Assembly: GCF_026571515.1 (NCBI RefSeq)
Contig: NW_026863691.1
Span: 372,001 to 436,000, forward strand
Reading direction: 5' to 3'
From: Ruditapes philippinarum
Taxonomy: Eukaryota
Length of the DNA: 64,000 bases
This document shows positions 53,195 to 64,000 of this stretch, in pieces (within the stretch, counting starts at the first letter, position 1; every line of letters starts with the position of its first letter). Both the position numbers and the translations under genes were made by a program. A model generated the notes under the pieces. It made no database searches and was not told the origin of the DNA. It was given only the letters and a program-made list of their open reading frames with translations.

Positions 53195-54633
53195 ACTAGA
53201 ACTATCGCTGAATGCGATTCATACCCCCACCAATGTCCTTGACAGAAGACGACTTGGAAAGGTGGTTAAGGGAATAACTTAAGTGGCACAAGAAAAAGAA
53301 ATTATCTCTGGTGAAAAAAAGACTAATAGTACAGGTAATAGTATAAATATATCATCAAATCATGTTCAAAACAGTTACAAAAAACCTTTCATTTTCCCTA
53401 AGTACTAAACATTTTATTTTTAAGTCAATTTTTGACCTTCAAGTGTGGCCTTGACCTTAATCTGACACACGGGTAAGATGGGTTTTGCACATCGCCCAGT
53501 TGGGGTGAATATTTGAGTAAAATTTGAAGAAAATCCTTCCATTAGTATAGAATTTATAGAGCGGACACAAAATATTGTCTAGTATTGATTGTATGTAAAT
53601 TTAAAGACTTAAAAAGGGGCATAACTTTGTCAAAATGCAATACAGAGTAATGAAACTTGACCTGCAAATCTTATTTGTGACATCTCATATATCTTTAAAG
53701 TTTAAAGCAAATACCTGTGCTAGTTTCAGAAATTTTCAAGTACATTTTAAAATTTAAGAACATTCCCTAAGTCAATTTTTGACCTTCAAGTGTGACCTTG
53801 ACCTTAAGCCGGCAAAAGGGTGACATGGGTTCTGCACATCCCCTTGTTGAGGTGAACATTTGAGCCAAGTTTGAAGAAAATCTTTCAATAAGTGTAGGAC
53901 TTACAGAGCGGACACGACAAACTGTCTAATATTTTATTGTTTGATATTTGACCTTCAATTTTGACCTTGACCTTAAGCTGACACATGGGCAACATGGGTT
54001 CTGCACATCCCCTTGTTGAGGTGAACATTTGAGCCAAGTTCAATTAGTGTAGGACTTACAGAGCGGACACGACATACTGTGCAATATTTGATTGTTTGAT
54101 ATTTGACCTTTAATTGTGACCTTGACCTTAAGCTGACACATGGGCAACATGGGTTCTGCACATCCCCTTGTTGAGGTGAACATTTGAGCCAAGTTTGAAG
54201 AAAATCTTTCAATTAGTGTAGGACTTACAGAGCGGACACAACGTACTGTATAATATTTGATTGTTTGATATTTGACCTTAAATTGTGACCTTGACCTGAC
54301 ACATGGGCAACATGGGTTCTGCACATCCTCTTGTTGAGGTGAACATTTGAGCCAAGTTTGAAGAAAATCTTTCAATAAGTGTAGGACTTACAGAGCGGAC
54401 ACGACAAACTGTCTAATATTTTATTGTTTGATATTTGACCTTCAATTTTGACCTTGACCTTGAGCTGACACATGGGCAACATGAGCCAAGTTTGAAGAAA
54501 ATCCTTCAATTGGTATAGGAGTTATAGTACGGACACGAAAATGGAGACGGACCGACGGACGGACGGACGCGACAAAGCGCATCCATTATAGCTCCCCCCC
54601 CCCCCACATTTCACATTTTGTGGTGGGGGTATA
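53195..54633. mobile_element. HINE-like element with ~150-165-bp internal tandem repeats
   Basis: actagaactatcgc start, TGACCTTGACC repeats, (GGAC)n, terminal C-run/G-run hairpin. Confidence 0.85.
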
Positions 54634-55344
54634 ATGACAAATTAGAACAATGTACCTACTCTGATAGCACTTCACACATACACAATGACAAATTAGAACA
54701 ATGTACTTACTCTGATAGCACTTCACACATACATGTACATAATGGCAAAATAGGACGATGTACCTACTCTGATAGCACAACACACATACATAATGGCAAA
54801 ATATGACAATGTACCTACCCTGTTAGCACTTAACACATACATAATGGCAAAATAGGCCAACGAACGGTATAAGCAATAGGACTGGATTATCACAGGAAAC
54901 CTTCAAATCAACAAGAAAACAAAAGCAAAATAAAAGAAATATTTCTAAAGTATGACTTATCAATTAAAGACGTGTTAAAATAAGTGCCTGTTGAATTTCA
55001 AATAGGATCAATGGTACAATGAGGTATTATATAAAAAGTTAGCAATATAAAAGAATACATAATAGTTATATTGCACTTTAAACATGAATTTTGTGTGATT
55101 AATAGAAATAAAAATAAAAATATCTGATTATTTTTAACGTAGACCATGGGTAATTGGCACTATAAGGAACTGTAACAAGAGCCACCGCCGGGCGGGGGCA
55201 ACGCTCGACTTTTTACTTTTTCTAAACGCAAACATAGAAAGGTTTGGACATATCTTAACGTTTCCTTTTTATAAATTAAGTTGGTCTGTCTTGTCACATT
55301 AGTTTTGTTTATATATTTTGTATATATATATGAATAGAAACATT

Positions 55345-56155
55345 TAGCAAATTTCTAAAAATAGGAACATTACGCAATTTCTTAAAATAGCAACATGACG
55401 CAATTTCTAAAAATAGAAAAAATGACACAATTTCTAAAAATAGAAACAATTTCTAAAAATAGAAAAAATGACGCAATTTCTAAAAATAGAAAAAATGACG
55501 CAATTTCTAAAACTAGAAAAAATGACGCAATTTCTAAAAATAGCAACAATGACGCAATTTATAAAAATAACAAAAATGACGCAATTTATAAAAATAGAAA
55601 AAAATGACACAATTTCTAAAAATAGAAAAAATGACGCAATTTTTAAAAATAGAAAAAATGACGCAATTTCTAAAAATAGAAAAAATGACGCAATTTCTAA
55701 AAATAGCAACAATGACGCAATTTCTAAAAATAGAAAAAATGACGCAATTTCTAAAAATAGAAAAAATGACACAATTTCTAAAAAAAAGCAACAATGACGC
55801 AATTTCTATAAATAGAAACAATGACGCAAATACTAAAAATAGAAAAGATGACGCAATTTCTAAAAATAGAAAAAATGACACAATTTCTTTAAATAGAAAC
55901 AATGACGCAATTTCTATAAATAGAAACAATGATGCAATTTCTATAAATAGAAACAATGACGCATTTTCTAAAAATAGAAACAATGACGCAATTTCTAAAA
56001 ATAGAAACAATGACACAATTTCTTTAAATAGAAACAATGACGCAATTTCTATAAATAGAAACAATGACGCACTTCTATAAAAAGAAACAATGACCCAATT
56101 CTATAAATAGAATCAATGACGCAATTCTATAAATAGAAAACAATGACGCAATTCT
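55345..56155. repeat. 27-bp minisatellite (~30 copies)
   Basis: Unit aatttctaaaaatagaaaaaatgacgc; generates the spurious 9-aa repeat ORFs. Confidence 0.93.
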
Positions 56156-56707
56156 AGTTGTTGTTGTTGTAAATATATATATATATATATAGACACACAC
56201 ACACACACCAATAAATATATAATTATGGTCATTTAATGCACAAATCTGAGAAAATTCAGTAATTTAACCTTCAAGGTCAAGGTCATTAAAGAGCCCAAGC
56301 AAATTTGGGTTTGATAAACAACAAGGTCTGATCCTTAAGAATGTTCTCTTATAATATGAAGTTGATCCCTTCAATAATAGCAAAGTTACAGTCAGTTACC
56401 GCCAAAACAATGAAAATTTCAATAATTTGACCTTTAAAGTCAAGGTCATTTATGAGTGAAGGTCAAGGTCTGGCTGGTAATTTTTAAGGGATTGAAGATT
56501 ATTATGTTCAAGTTTGAAAGACAATCCATTCAAAAAATAACAAAGTTACAGCCAAGTTAACAGCATGAACAATGCAAAAATTGGACTTTTTAACCTTGAA
56601 GGTCAGGTCATTTATGGATGAAGGTCCAAGGTTAGTGTGGTCTACTGAAAGGTCTTGTCCCAAGGGTTTGTTGTGGCCAAGTATGAAGACAATACACCAA
56701 AAAATAA

Positions 56708-58240
56708 ACAAGAGAGGCCATGATGACCCGAGTCGCTCACCAGCAACAACTGCTTTTCAGTGTTGGAATGTCATATATTTTTATATTAAATTTGAGCAAT
56801 AGAATAATGTTTAAACAATAATTTGAAGAAATGCCATGACCTTGGGTATTTAAGCTCTAGCTTAAACAGGGCTAATCAAAATAATATGAGCAAACTTGAT
56901 AAAAGACTACCTAAGAATGCTACAAAGTTTGGTGATCATCTTTCAATTATTTCAGTAGGAAATGATGTTTGAAAGTTTTTTCTGTTTTGAGCTTAAGTGG
57001 CCCCTTAAAGGGGCTAATCAAATAAATATAAGCAAACTTGATAAATGAGTACCCATGAATGCTACAGACAAAGTTTGGTGATCATCAATCAATTGGTTCT
57101 GAAGTAGAAGATGTTTAAGGGTTTTTCTATTTTTAGCTTTAGCGGCCCCTAAAAGGGGCCAATCAAATATATGAGCAAACTTCATAAAAGACTACCCAAC
57201 AATGCTTCAGACAAAGTTTAGTGATCATCCATCCATTAGTTCTCTAGAAATAGACATTTAAAGGTATTTCTTTTTTTTAGCTTAAGCGGCCCCTAAAAAG
57301 GGCTTATAAAATTCATATGAGCAAACTTGATAAAAGACTACCCAAGAATACTGCAATCAAAGTTTGGTGATCATCCATCAATTAGTTCTTAGAAAAAGGC
57401 ATTTAATTGTATTTCTATTTTTAGCAATAGGGACCCCTAAAAGGGGCTAAGCAAATTAATATGAGCAAACTTGATAAAAGACTACCCAAGAATGCTACAG
57501 ACAAAGTTTGGTGATCTTCCATCAATTAGTTATTTAGAAATAGACATTTAAAGGTATTTCTATGTTTAGCTTTTGCGGCCCCTAAAAGGGGCCAATCAAA
57601 TTAATATGAGCTAACTTGATAAAAACACTACCAGAACATGCTACCGACTAAGTTTGGTAATCATAAGTTTGGTAATCATCTATCAATTAGTTCTGAAGGA
57701 GAAGATGTTTAAAGGTTTTTTCTATTTTTAGCCCTAGAGACCCCTAAAAGGGGCCAATCAAAATAATATTAGCAAAATTGATAAAAAAACAACCCAAGAA
57801 TGCTACAGACAAAGTTTGGTGATCATCCACCTATTAGTTCTGTAGAAATAGACATTTAACAATATTTCTATTTTTAGCTTAAGTGGCACCCTAAAAGGGG
57901 CCAATCAAATTAATATGAGCAAACTTGATAAAACACTACCTGAGCATGCTACCGACTAAGTTTGGTGATCATCCATCCAATAGTTCTGTAGGAGAAGATG
58001 TTTAAAGGTTTTTCTATTTTTAGCCCTAGAAACCCCTAAAAGGGGCCAATCAAAATAATATAACCAAACTTGATAAAAGACTACCTAAGAATGCTACAGA
58101 CAAAGTTTGGTGATCATCCATCAATTAGTTCTCTAGAAATAGACATTTAAAGGTATTTCTATTTTTAGCTTTTGCAGCCCCTAAAAGGGGCCAATCAAGT
58201 AAATATGAGCAAACTTGATAAACTTGATAAAACATTACCT
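56708..58240. mobile_element. HINE-like element with ~10 x ~145-bp tandem repeats
   Basis: Begins aacaagagaggccatgatg..tcgctcacc; units contain ggcccctaaaaggggcc and aagtttggtgatcatcc. Confidence 0.8.
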
Positions 58241-58659
58241 GTGTATGTAAGATCTGTGGTAGGATAGAACATTTGACACTTTCCAGTGGGTGGGGTATTC
58301 AGTATAAATTATATTTCACTCATGGCACCAGCACTTAGAGACTACTTCTCAGTACAAAAAGTAGGTACCTGGGGGACATAACCTAGATTATGCTAACTAT
58401 TAACAAAAACAAATAGCATATTATATAAGGTCCAAATTTCACAGCTGTAGCTAAAACACAACTAGGCAGGTAATTCGAACAAATTCTAATAAAACTAATA
58501 TCAAAATGAAATTCTGCATCTGGCACTTCACATGTAGTGATGGACCTGGATGAAATATATCCCCTTTCCCTTTTGCAATGAACAAGGTGCTGCAACTTAG
58601 ACTTTAATATCTAACAGAACTACCATCAATTACTTCCAGTTTATTAAAACTTATCTATA

Positions 58660-61600
58660 CTATTTAACAACACTGTCATATGATGGTGGTTGATCTTCAC
58701 TTGAGCTTGTTGGTGCTGAAAGAGAAGGAAATTAGTGAAGATGATTATAATTGAGCCGCGTCATGACAAAATCAACGAAATGCCTTTGCGACCATCATGG
58801 ATGCAGACCAGTCTGCGCATCTGAGCAATCTGATCAGGATCCATGCTGTTCTCTTACAAACCCTATAACAAGTAGAGAAACTGATAGCGAGCAGCATGGA
58901 TCCTGATCAGACTGCGCGCATTGGTTTTGTCATGACGTGGCTCAATTATGATTTTATTATTATTTGTAAAAATCTTAACATCAACAACTCATACACATCT
59001 ATACAAATAACATATTTCATTATTGAAACAAAGAAACAATAATGAATTACATTTATTATGAGAATAAATTAAAAATATTTTGAAACTATCTTTACCTGAT
59101 GGTGCAGGAAATCTTCCATCAGTAAGGACAGGATTTACATGATGTGTTTCAGTCTGTGGTACTGGCTGGTATCCTGGCCCAGAAACAGAAGCGGTTCGTG
59201 AAGCACCAGGATAAGCACTCTGCATATCATGTATCTGGTAATTTCCTGGCAATCCTGGCTGGAATGGGGCTTGCTGTGGAGGTTGGTAACCTGCCTGAGG
59301 TGGACCTTGGTAACCAACTGGTTGCTGTTGTGGATGGTAACTAGACAAATGCTGACCTGCAGCAGCATTTCCTTGTACTGTAAAAGATATTGTACAGATG
59401 CAGACTAAATTCGAAGTGTATAGCCAACAAACATTTTGCTCTACTACCATGTAAAAAAAACAAGAGTCAGAGCCAAGCAGGGTCACGCTCAACATTTTCA
59501 TATTGCTAAACTCAAACACATCAGAGCTACAAAAAATTACATTTGGTGTATTGGGGGTGGAGGGGGGGTCAATTATGATATTTATGGTATTAAATAAAAA
59601 ATATATCATTATAATGTGCATTATATATAACACTTACTAAAATAGTAGTATAAAAAATAAACATCATTAGTGAAATATTAGAATTAAAATAACCTACAAG
59701 AGAGATGTCACTGCTCAAAAGGTCAAAATATTACAAGCATCTAGGCACATGGTATCATTACATTACTTTTTGAACATTCAATTTCTAAAAATAAAATTAA
59801 AAGGTATGATTACCAATTTGACTGCTACCAGTCTGATACATATATGGAGATCTTGGGAATGAATTCTCCATTCTCCTTCGACGGATTATTCCACAAGTTA
59901 TTATCAAGATTATGACAATGAACACAACGCTAACTGACATTGCAACAGCAACAGTTGTACCTGATGATGAGCTATTTATAACTCTGTTTGTACCTTCCCC
60001 TGGGACTGAAAAATTATATCATATTACATTTAAGATAACTATAGAAGCCAATGTCGCATATCACACATATCATGTCCTGTCATGTATGTAGCACACAAAA
60101 ATATGAAGAAAAGATATAAACTAGAGAGGGCAATGGTTACAGAAAACAGTACCCTACAAGCTCCTGTAACAAGCAGACCTCTCATCATGAACAAAAAATA
60201 TTCATACTCAAATATCAAGTATTGATAATACTTGATTATAATATCAAGTATATTGAGTGGCGGCATGGCGGACTGGTTAAGGAGTCGGACTTGTAATCCA
60301 ATGATCTCTAGCCGCATGGGTTCAAACCCTGTCAGGGGCAAGTTGTTGTTTCCTTGAGCAAGAAACTTAACACTAATTACTCAGTATTGGTTGGTTCCTG
60401 TTACAGATTTGAAAGTGTGTCTGTAAGCTTACAGCTTCCAACAATAGATCTAAAATAAATTCTGTATAAACCAAATATCAAGTAAATTTGGATTTTAAGA
60501 CAAAGAAAATTTCAAGATAAATGGCTGGCCTGGCTTTTATTTATATTTATGACATAAACCTATTAAATAGCAGCTAGTGATAAGAGAGAAAAGAATGATA
60601 AATATCAGGAGTTTAACTTACAATCTCTTAAGTACACTTTTATAACAATTGATTGTTTAGTTGACTCAACCCAACTCTGTCGCTTAAACAAAAGAAAGAA
60701 GTAAGCTGTTCTCTTAGGACCACACCACTCTTCAACAGATGCGTTGTGACATGTGTACCTTTTCTAAATAAAAAATAAAGCAACAAAGGTAATAAAATTC
60801 AGCTAAGTAGTAATATATAGATAAGTAATACATTTATGTTATGTAGGAATATACAGAATGAGATAGTGGTAATTTCACACTCATTTGTTTTTATATGAAC
60901 ATAAAATAGCATAGATTCTGAAGAATCTCATAAATATACCATCTTAATTTTGATTGAAGGCAGTGCACCATTTAATTGTAACGATCACAGCCCAACACTT
61001 TGAAATTGCAGGACCTTAAAACTATCAAAAAATGATGGACTGTAAAAAAAGGTAGTATAATATCTCTCATTATTTCAGCATCCACAGCATGAACTAAGAA
61101 TAAAATTGCCTACTAACCATCTTTAAAGAAGCCACACTGTGACACACTCAAATATTGATGTATAATTTTATAGTATACTCGACAAAATAGATTAAGCACT
61201 GATCACCATATACCAGTCAAAGACCAAGGCAGGTAACTCTTGTACATATCAACAGGTTTAATTTAAAAGTTTAATGCTATTCACAAAAATTCCTAATGCA
61301 CATGCCACTATTGCAATAAAATTGTACGAACCTCTGGAGTTAAATATTTGGAAAGCAAGTGTCTGCGGTATTCCACAATTGTATTACAGTTCAGCTTGAA
61401 ATTCAATGGCTTGACACAGGTCTGTTTTGTGAATGATGCCCAGTTTATTAACTTTACTGAGCATTCAAATTGATCAATTAGCTCTGCATTGTAGGTGACA
61501 TGTACTTCCCCTACATCCTCTAGATTGTAACTGTTCCCACATGTTTGAGAGTTTAGGTCCAGGTCTAACCCTAAAATAATAATTTCATCAATGACAATAA

Positions 61601-62357
61601 AATCTTACAGTCGACACATAATATTTGGCAAATTTATAATATGCAATATAATGTAGGGTAGGTTATGACATTTATTTAAAGCAGCATGCCTAAAAAATCA
61701 TGCTAGTTTTCCTAAAAATTTTTTAAATGTTTTCTAAAAGTAAAATACTAGTGTGAAGCGAACATAGAACAGTTATAATTGACATCATATTTTTATGGCC
61801 AATGTATTGTTTTAAACTTAAGTTAGAAACATGATAAAAGTTATATCAGCCCTAACACTATGTTTGAAATACAATCCCCTATTTCAGGCATATAATATAG
61901 ATCCCATTAATTTTTTCAAAGGACTGTTTTGACTCTGTTGAATAAATTATCCTTTCTATATAAATTGGCAGTAATGCAGTAGATCATGTAAAGAAAAAAA
62001 ATTTCGCATGATGATTTTGTCAACTTGTTTTATTTCATATTAAGGGGTCAGTAATAATAGATTTACACATTAAATTAAACCCGACTAAACCTTTTAATAC
62101 AAATTCTATTTCATTTGATTCATTTTACAATCAAGAGGCCTGTTGCTTTAAAAGTAGTTGGAGAAGTGTCCAATAAGTACAAACAAATCTATAATAAACA
62201 GATATCAGCAATCAGCAGTGCTTCCCTTTTTTTGAACCTACATAAATCAATAATAATTTATGCATGTTGTATGGTAGAATATAAGTCAATACTTACTTGC
62301 CATTACCAATTCTATAAAACACCAATGAAGACACAACAATAATATTTTTGTTTCCAT
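58660..62357 (-). CDS. Type-I membrane protein: signal peptide, divergent CUB-like Cys-containing ectodomain, TM helix, P/Q/Y-rich tail with PPSY (~323 aa)
   Basis: Exons 62297-62357 (METKILLLCLHWCFIELVMA), 61332-61570, 60622-60763, 59814-60005 (VAVAMSVSVVFIVIILIITCGII followed by RRRR), 59096-59377, 58660-58715 (EDQPPSYDSVVK*). All phases are compatible. The CUB-like call rests on size (~125 aa), six Cys and a beta-like pattern, and is inference. Confidence 0.85.
58753..58943. mobile_element. MITE, same family as 30901-31134, in the last intron of the membrane-protein gene
   Basis: TIRs gagccgcgtcatgacaaaa / ttttgtcatgacgtggctc. Confidence 0.85.
60257..60470 (+). mobile_element. tRNA-derived CORE-like SINE (intronic)
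   Basis: A box TGGCGGACTGG, B box GGTTCAAACCC, then CORE-like tccttgagcaagaaacttaac. Confidence 0.75.
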
Positions 62358-64000
62358 CTCTCCAGACTGCTTCCAAAACTGTAGCTTTTAGTTATACCTA
62401 TGGTAGAAAGAAATAAGAAAACAATGGTAAATTTACAAAATCTCAGAGGCAATAGGGTACTGACTTAAGGGCGAGTAACATTTTACAGGCACTTACAGGC
62501 TTATAATAAATTAATCGAGGGTTGACCGCAAAACTGTGGTTAGTGTTGTATCTCCTTTATTTAATATAAGTTACCACTCAATTACTGTCTAGTCCTACAG
62601 GGACAATGGAGTCTAGGAATATTTTAGCCCATGCAATTTAATCCTTGGCATATAAAAACTTAAGATGTTACACCATTTATGCTGTTTTAAAATAAATTCA
62701 TATTTCAACATCTATAATTCATTATTGATATATATTTGAGAAATACAAAAAAATGTAATATGTGCTTGAATAGTCACATATAAAAATTATTTAGAATTTG
62801 GATTTAAAGATCCTGTATGTGGTAATTCAGGTTGTATATCATCAATTAAGTTTATTTTAGCTCGGCGCCGGAAATTCCATATGTCCGAGATCTCAGCGTC
62901 CATGCCTGTCCTCTCTAGAAGTCTCATCGGGGACATCTTTTTCATGCCGATCTTCCTAAGTCCTGTACTTCATTCGATGGAGGAAAGACAATACTGGAAA
63001 AGCATCAAGTTCCGTGATGGCTGCAAACAGGCGGTTGACATAAAACGGCCACCCTCCAGAGTTAGTCACGACAGGTCAACCAATCACCTCTGGTACTTGA
63101 GATGACTTGACCTTGACCTGCCGTGTGCCTTCTCCGCGACATGCACGCCTCTGGAGGGTTTTGGAGAAATTAAGTGAAATTATATATATGTATATGATTA
63201 TGCTTATAAAACAATTTTCAAACATCTAAGAATATGTAAAATATGAACTGCAAATATTTGTACACATTTTATGTAATTATTAAATATATGCATTAATTTC
63301 TTATTGAAAAATTTGACTTAAATTTTATAGAAAATAAATTTCTAATTACCTCCCTTTATTTACATGAAATGTTAAATTCAGTAATGTCTTTGAGTACCAT
63401 ATTTATGATATAAAACCATCAAAAAATGTGTTACAGGATCTTTAGGACGATTTGAGCTCCACACCAAATGGCTATGGCTTAACTTGGTCCTTGACGATTG
63501 TTTAAGATTGTAATGTTGAGACATTATTGTTGTGTTAAACATTTTACATGAAAATGGTTAATTGAATTTAGAAGCATCTGCAAATGGGTGCATACGGCGG
63601 TCATCATGTAACTGTCAACAGTTCAATGTCACATGTTTGTGCCATTGAATGATTCCATAAAATGAAGCAAATGATCCCCAAATGATAAAATGCATTTGAC
63701 TGAACAAGAAAACAATGGATAAAACAAAATAAAATGAAATTTTGAAATGGGATCAGAGGTTGTGAAGCTTGTATATCACAGATACTAGCTGTCAAAAGAC
63801 AAATTTAAAAGCAGGCAACATATTCTAAGGGTGATTATACAGTATTTAAGTGAGGAATATGGAATCACCAAGCTAGTAAAAAGTCAAACAGAAAGAACTA
63901 ATAGCACCACAAATGTTAAATTCTGCGCAAGACGGTGCTAGGGGGCGTGGACGATAGTTTGCACTTTCCAGTACCATCCATGAACAGGCTCAATCAAACT

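Larger units (their letters stand above)
51880..54860. repeat. 49/51-bp minisatellite array interrupted by two HINE-like insertions
   Basis: Unit gacgatgtacctactctgatagcacttaacacatacataatgacaagag; a higher-order ~349-bp period is visible in the matching ORF ends at 52132 and 52481. Confidence 0.92.

Noticed and set aside
51880-54860. CRISPR-like regular array and Cys/Tyr-rich ORFs
   Set aside because: Head-to-tail units without unique spacers, eukaryotic context, no cas genes; the ORFs reflect the 51-bp period.
55395-56080. 9-aa repeat ORFs on both strands
   Set aside because: Translation of a 27-bp minisatellite.
58989-59633. 214-aa ORF as a standalone gene
   Set aside because: Only 59096-59377 is exon; the remainder is intron read-through.
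60257-60340. Possible tRNA gene
   Set aside because: No properly paired acceptor stem, and it continues into a CORE-like SINE body.
42190-64000. Shared ~40-bp sequence at ~42219-42260 and ~63959-64000
   Set aside because: Ordinary dispersed repeat truncated by the window end; not classifiable.

Overview
AT-rich, intron-containing animal genomic DNA; the repeat families and gene content suggest a bivalve mollusc (inference). I reconstructed six multi-exon genes by hand from GT/AG boundaries and frame continuity. (1-4) A minus-strand tandem array of four divergent MIEAP/SPATA18-domain paralogs (559-4656, 8048-11476, 16912-~20383, 32535-36615). They share a conserved 211(205)/93/69-nt + terminal exon core but have unrelated N-termini. 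(5) An atypical Hsp70 of the HSPA12 family on the plus strand (37698-41731), head-to-head with the last paralog (ATGs ~1.1 kb apart). (6) A minus-strand type-I membrane protein with signal peptide, CUB-like ectodomain, TM helix and C-terminal PPSY motif (58660-62357). The rest is LINE fragments, SINEs, MITEs, a nested 3.5-kb inverted-repeat structure and Helentron/HINE-like elements carrying satellites. Main hypothesis (inference, untested): the C-terminal domain of the four paralogs resembles the GrpE beta-head, so the locus may be a co-regulated module of an atypical Hsp70 plus diversified GrpE-like partners.
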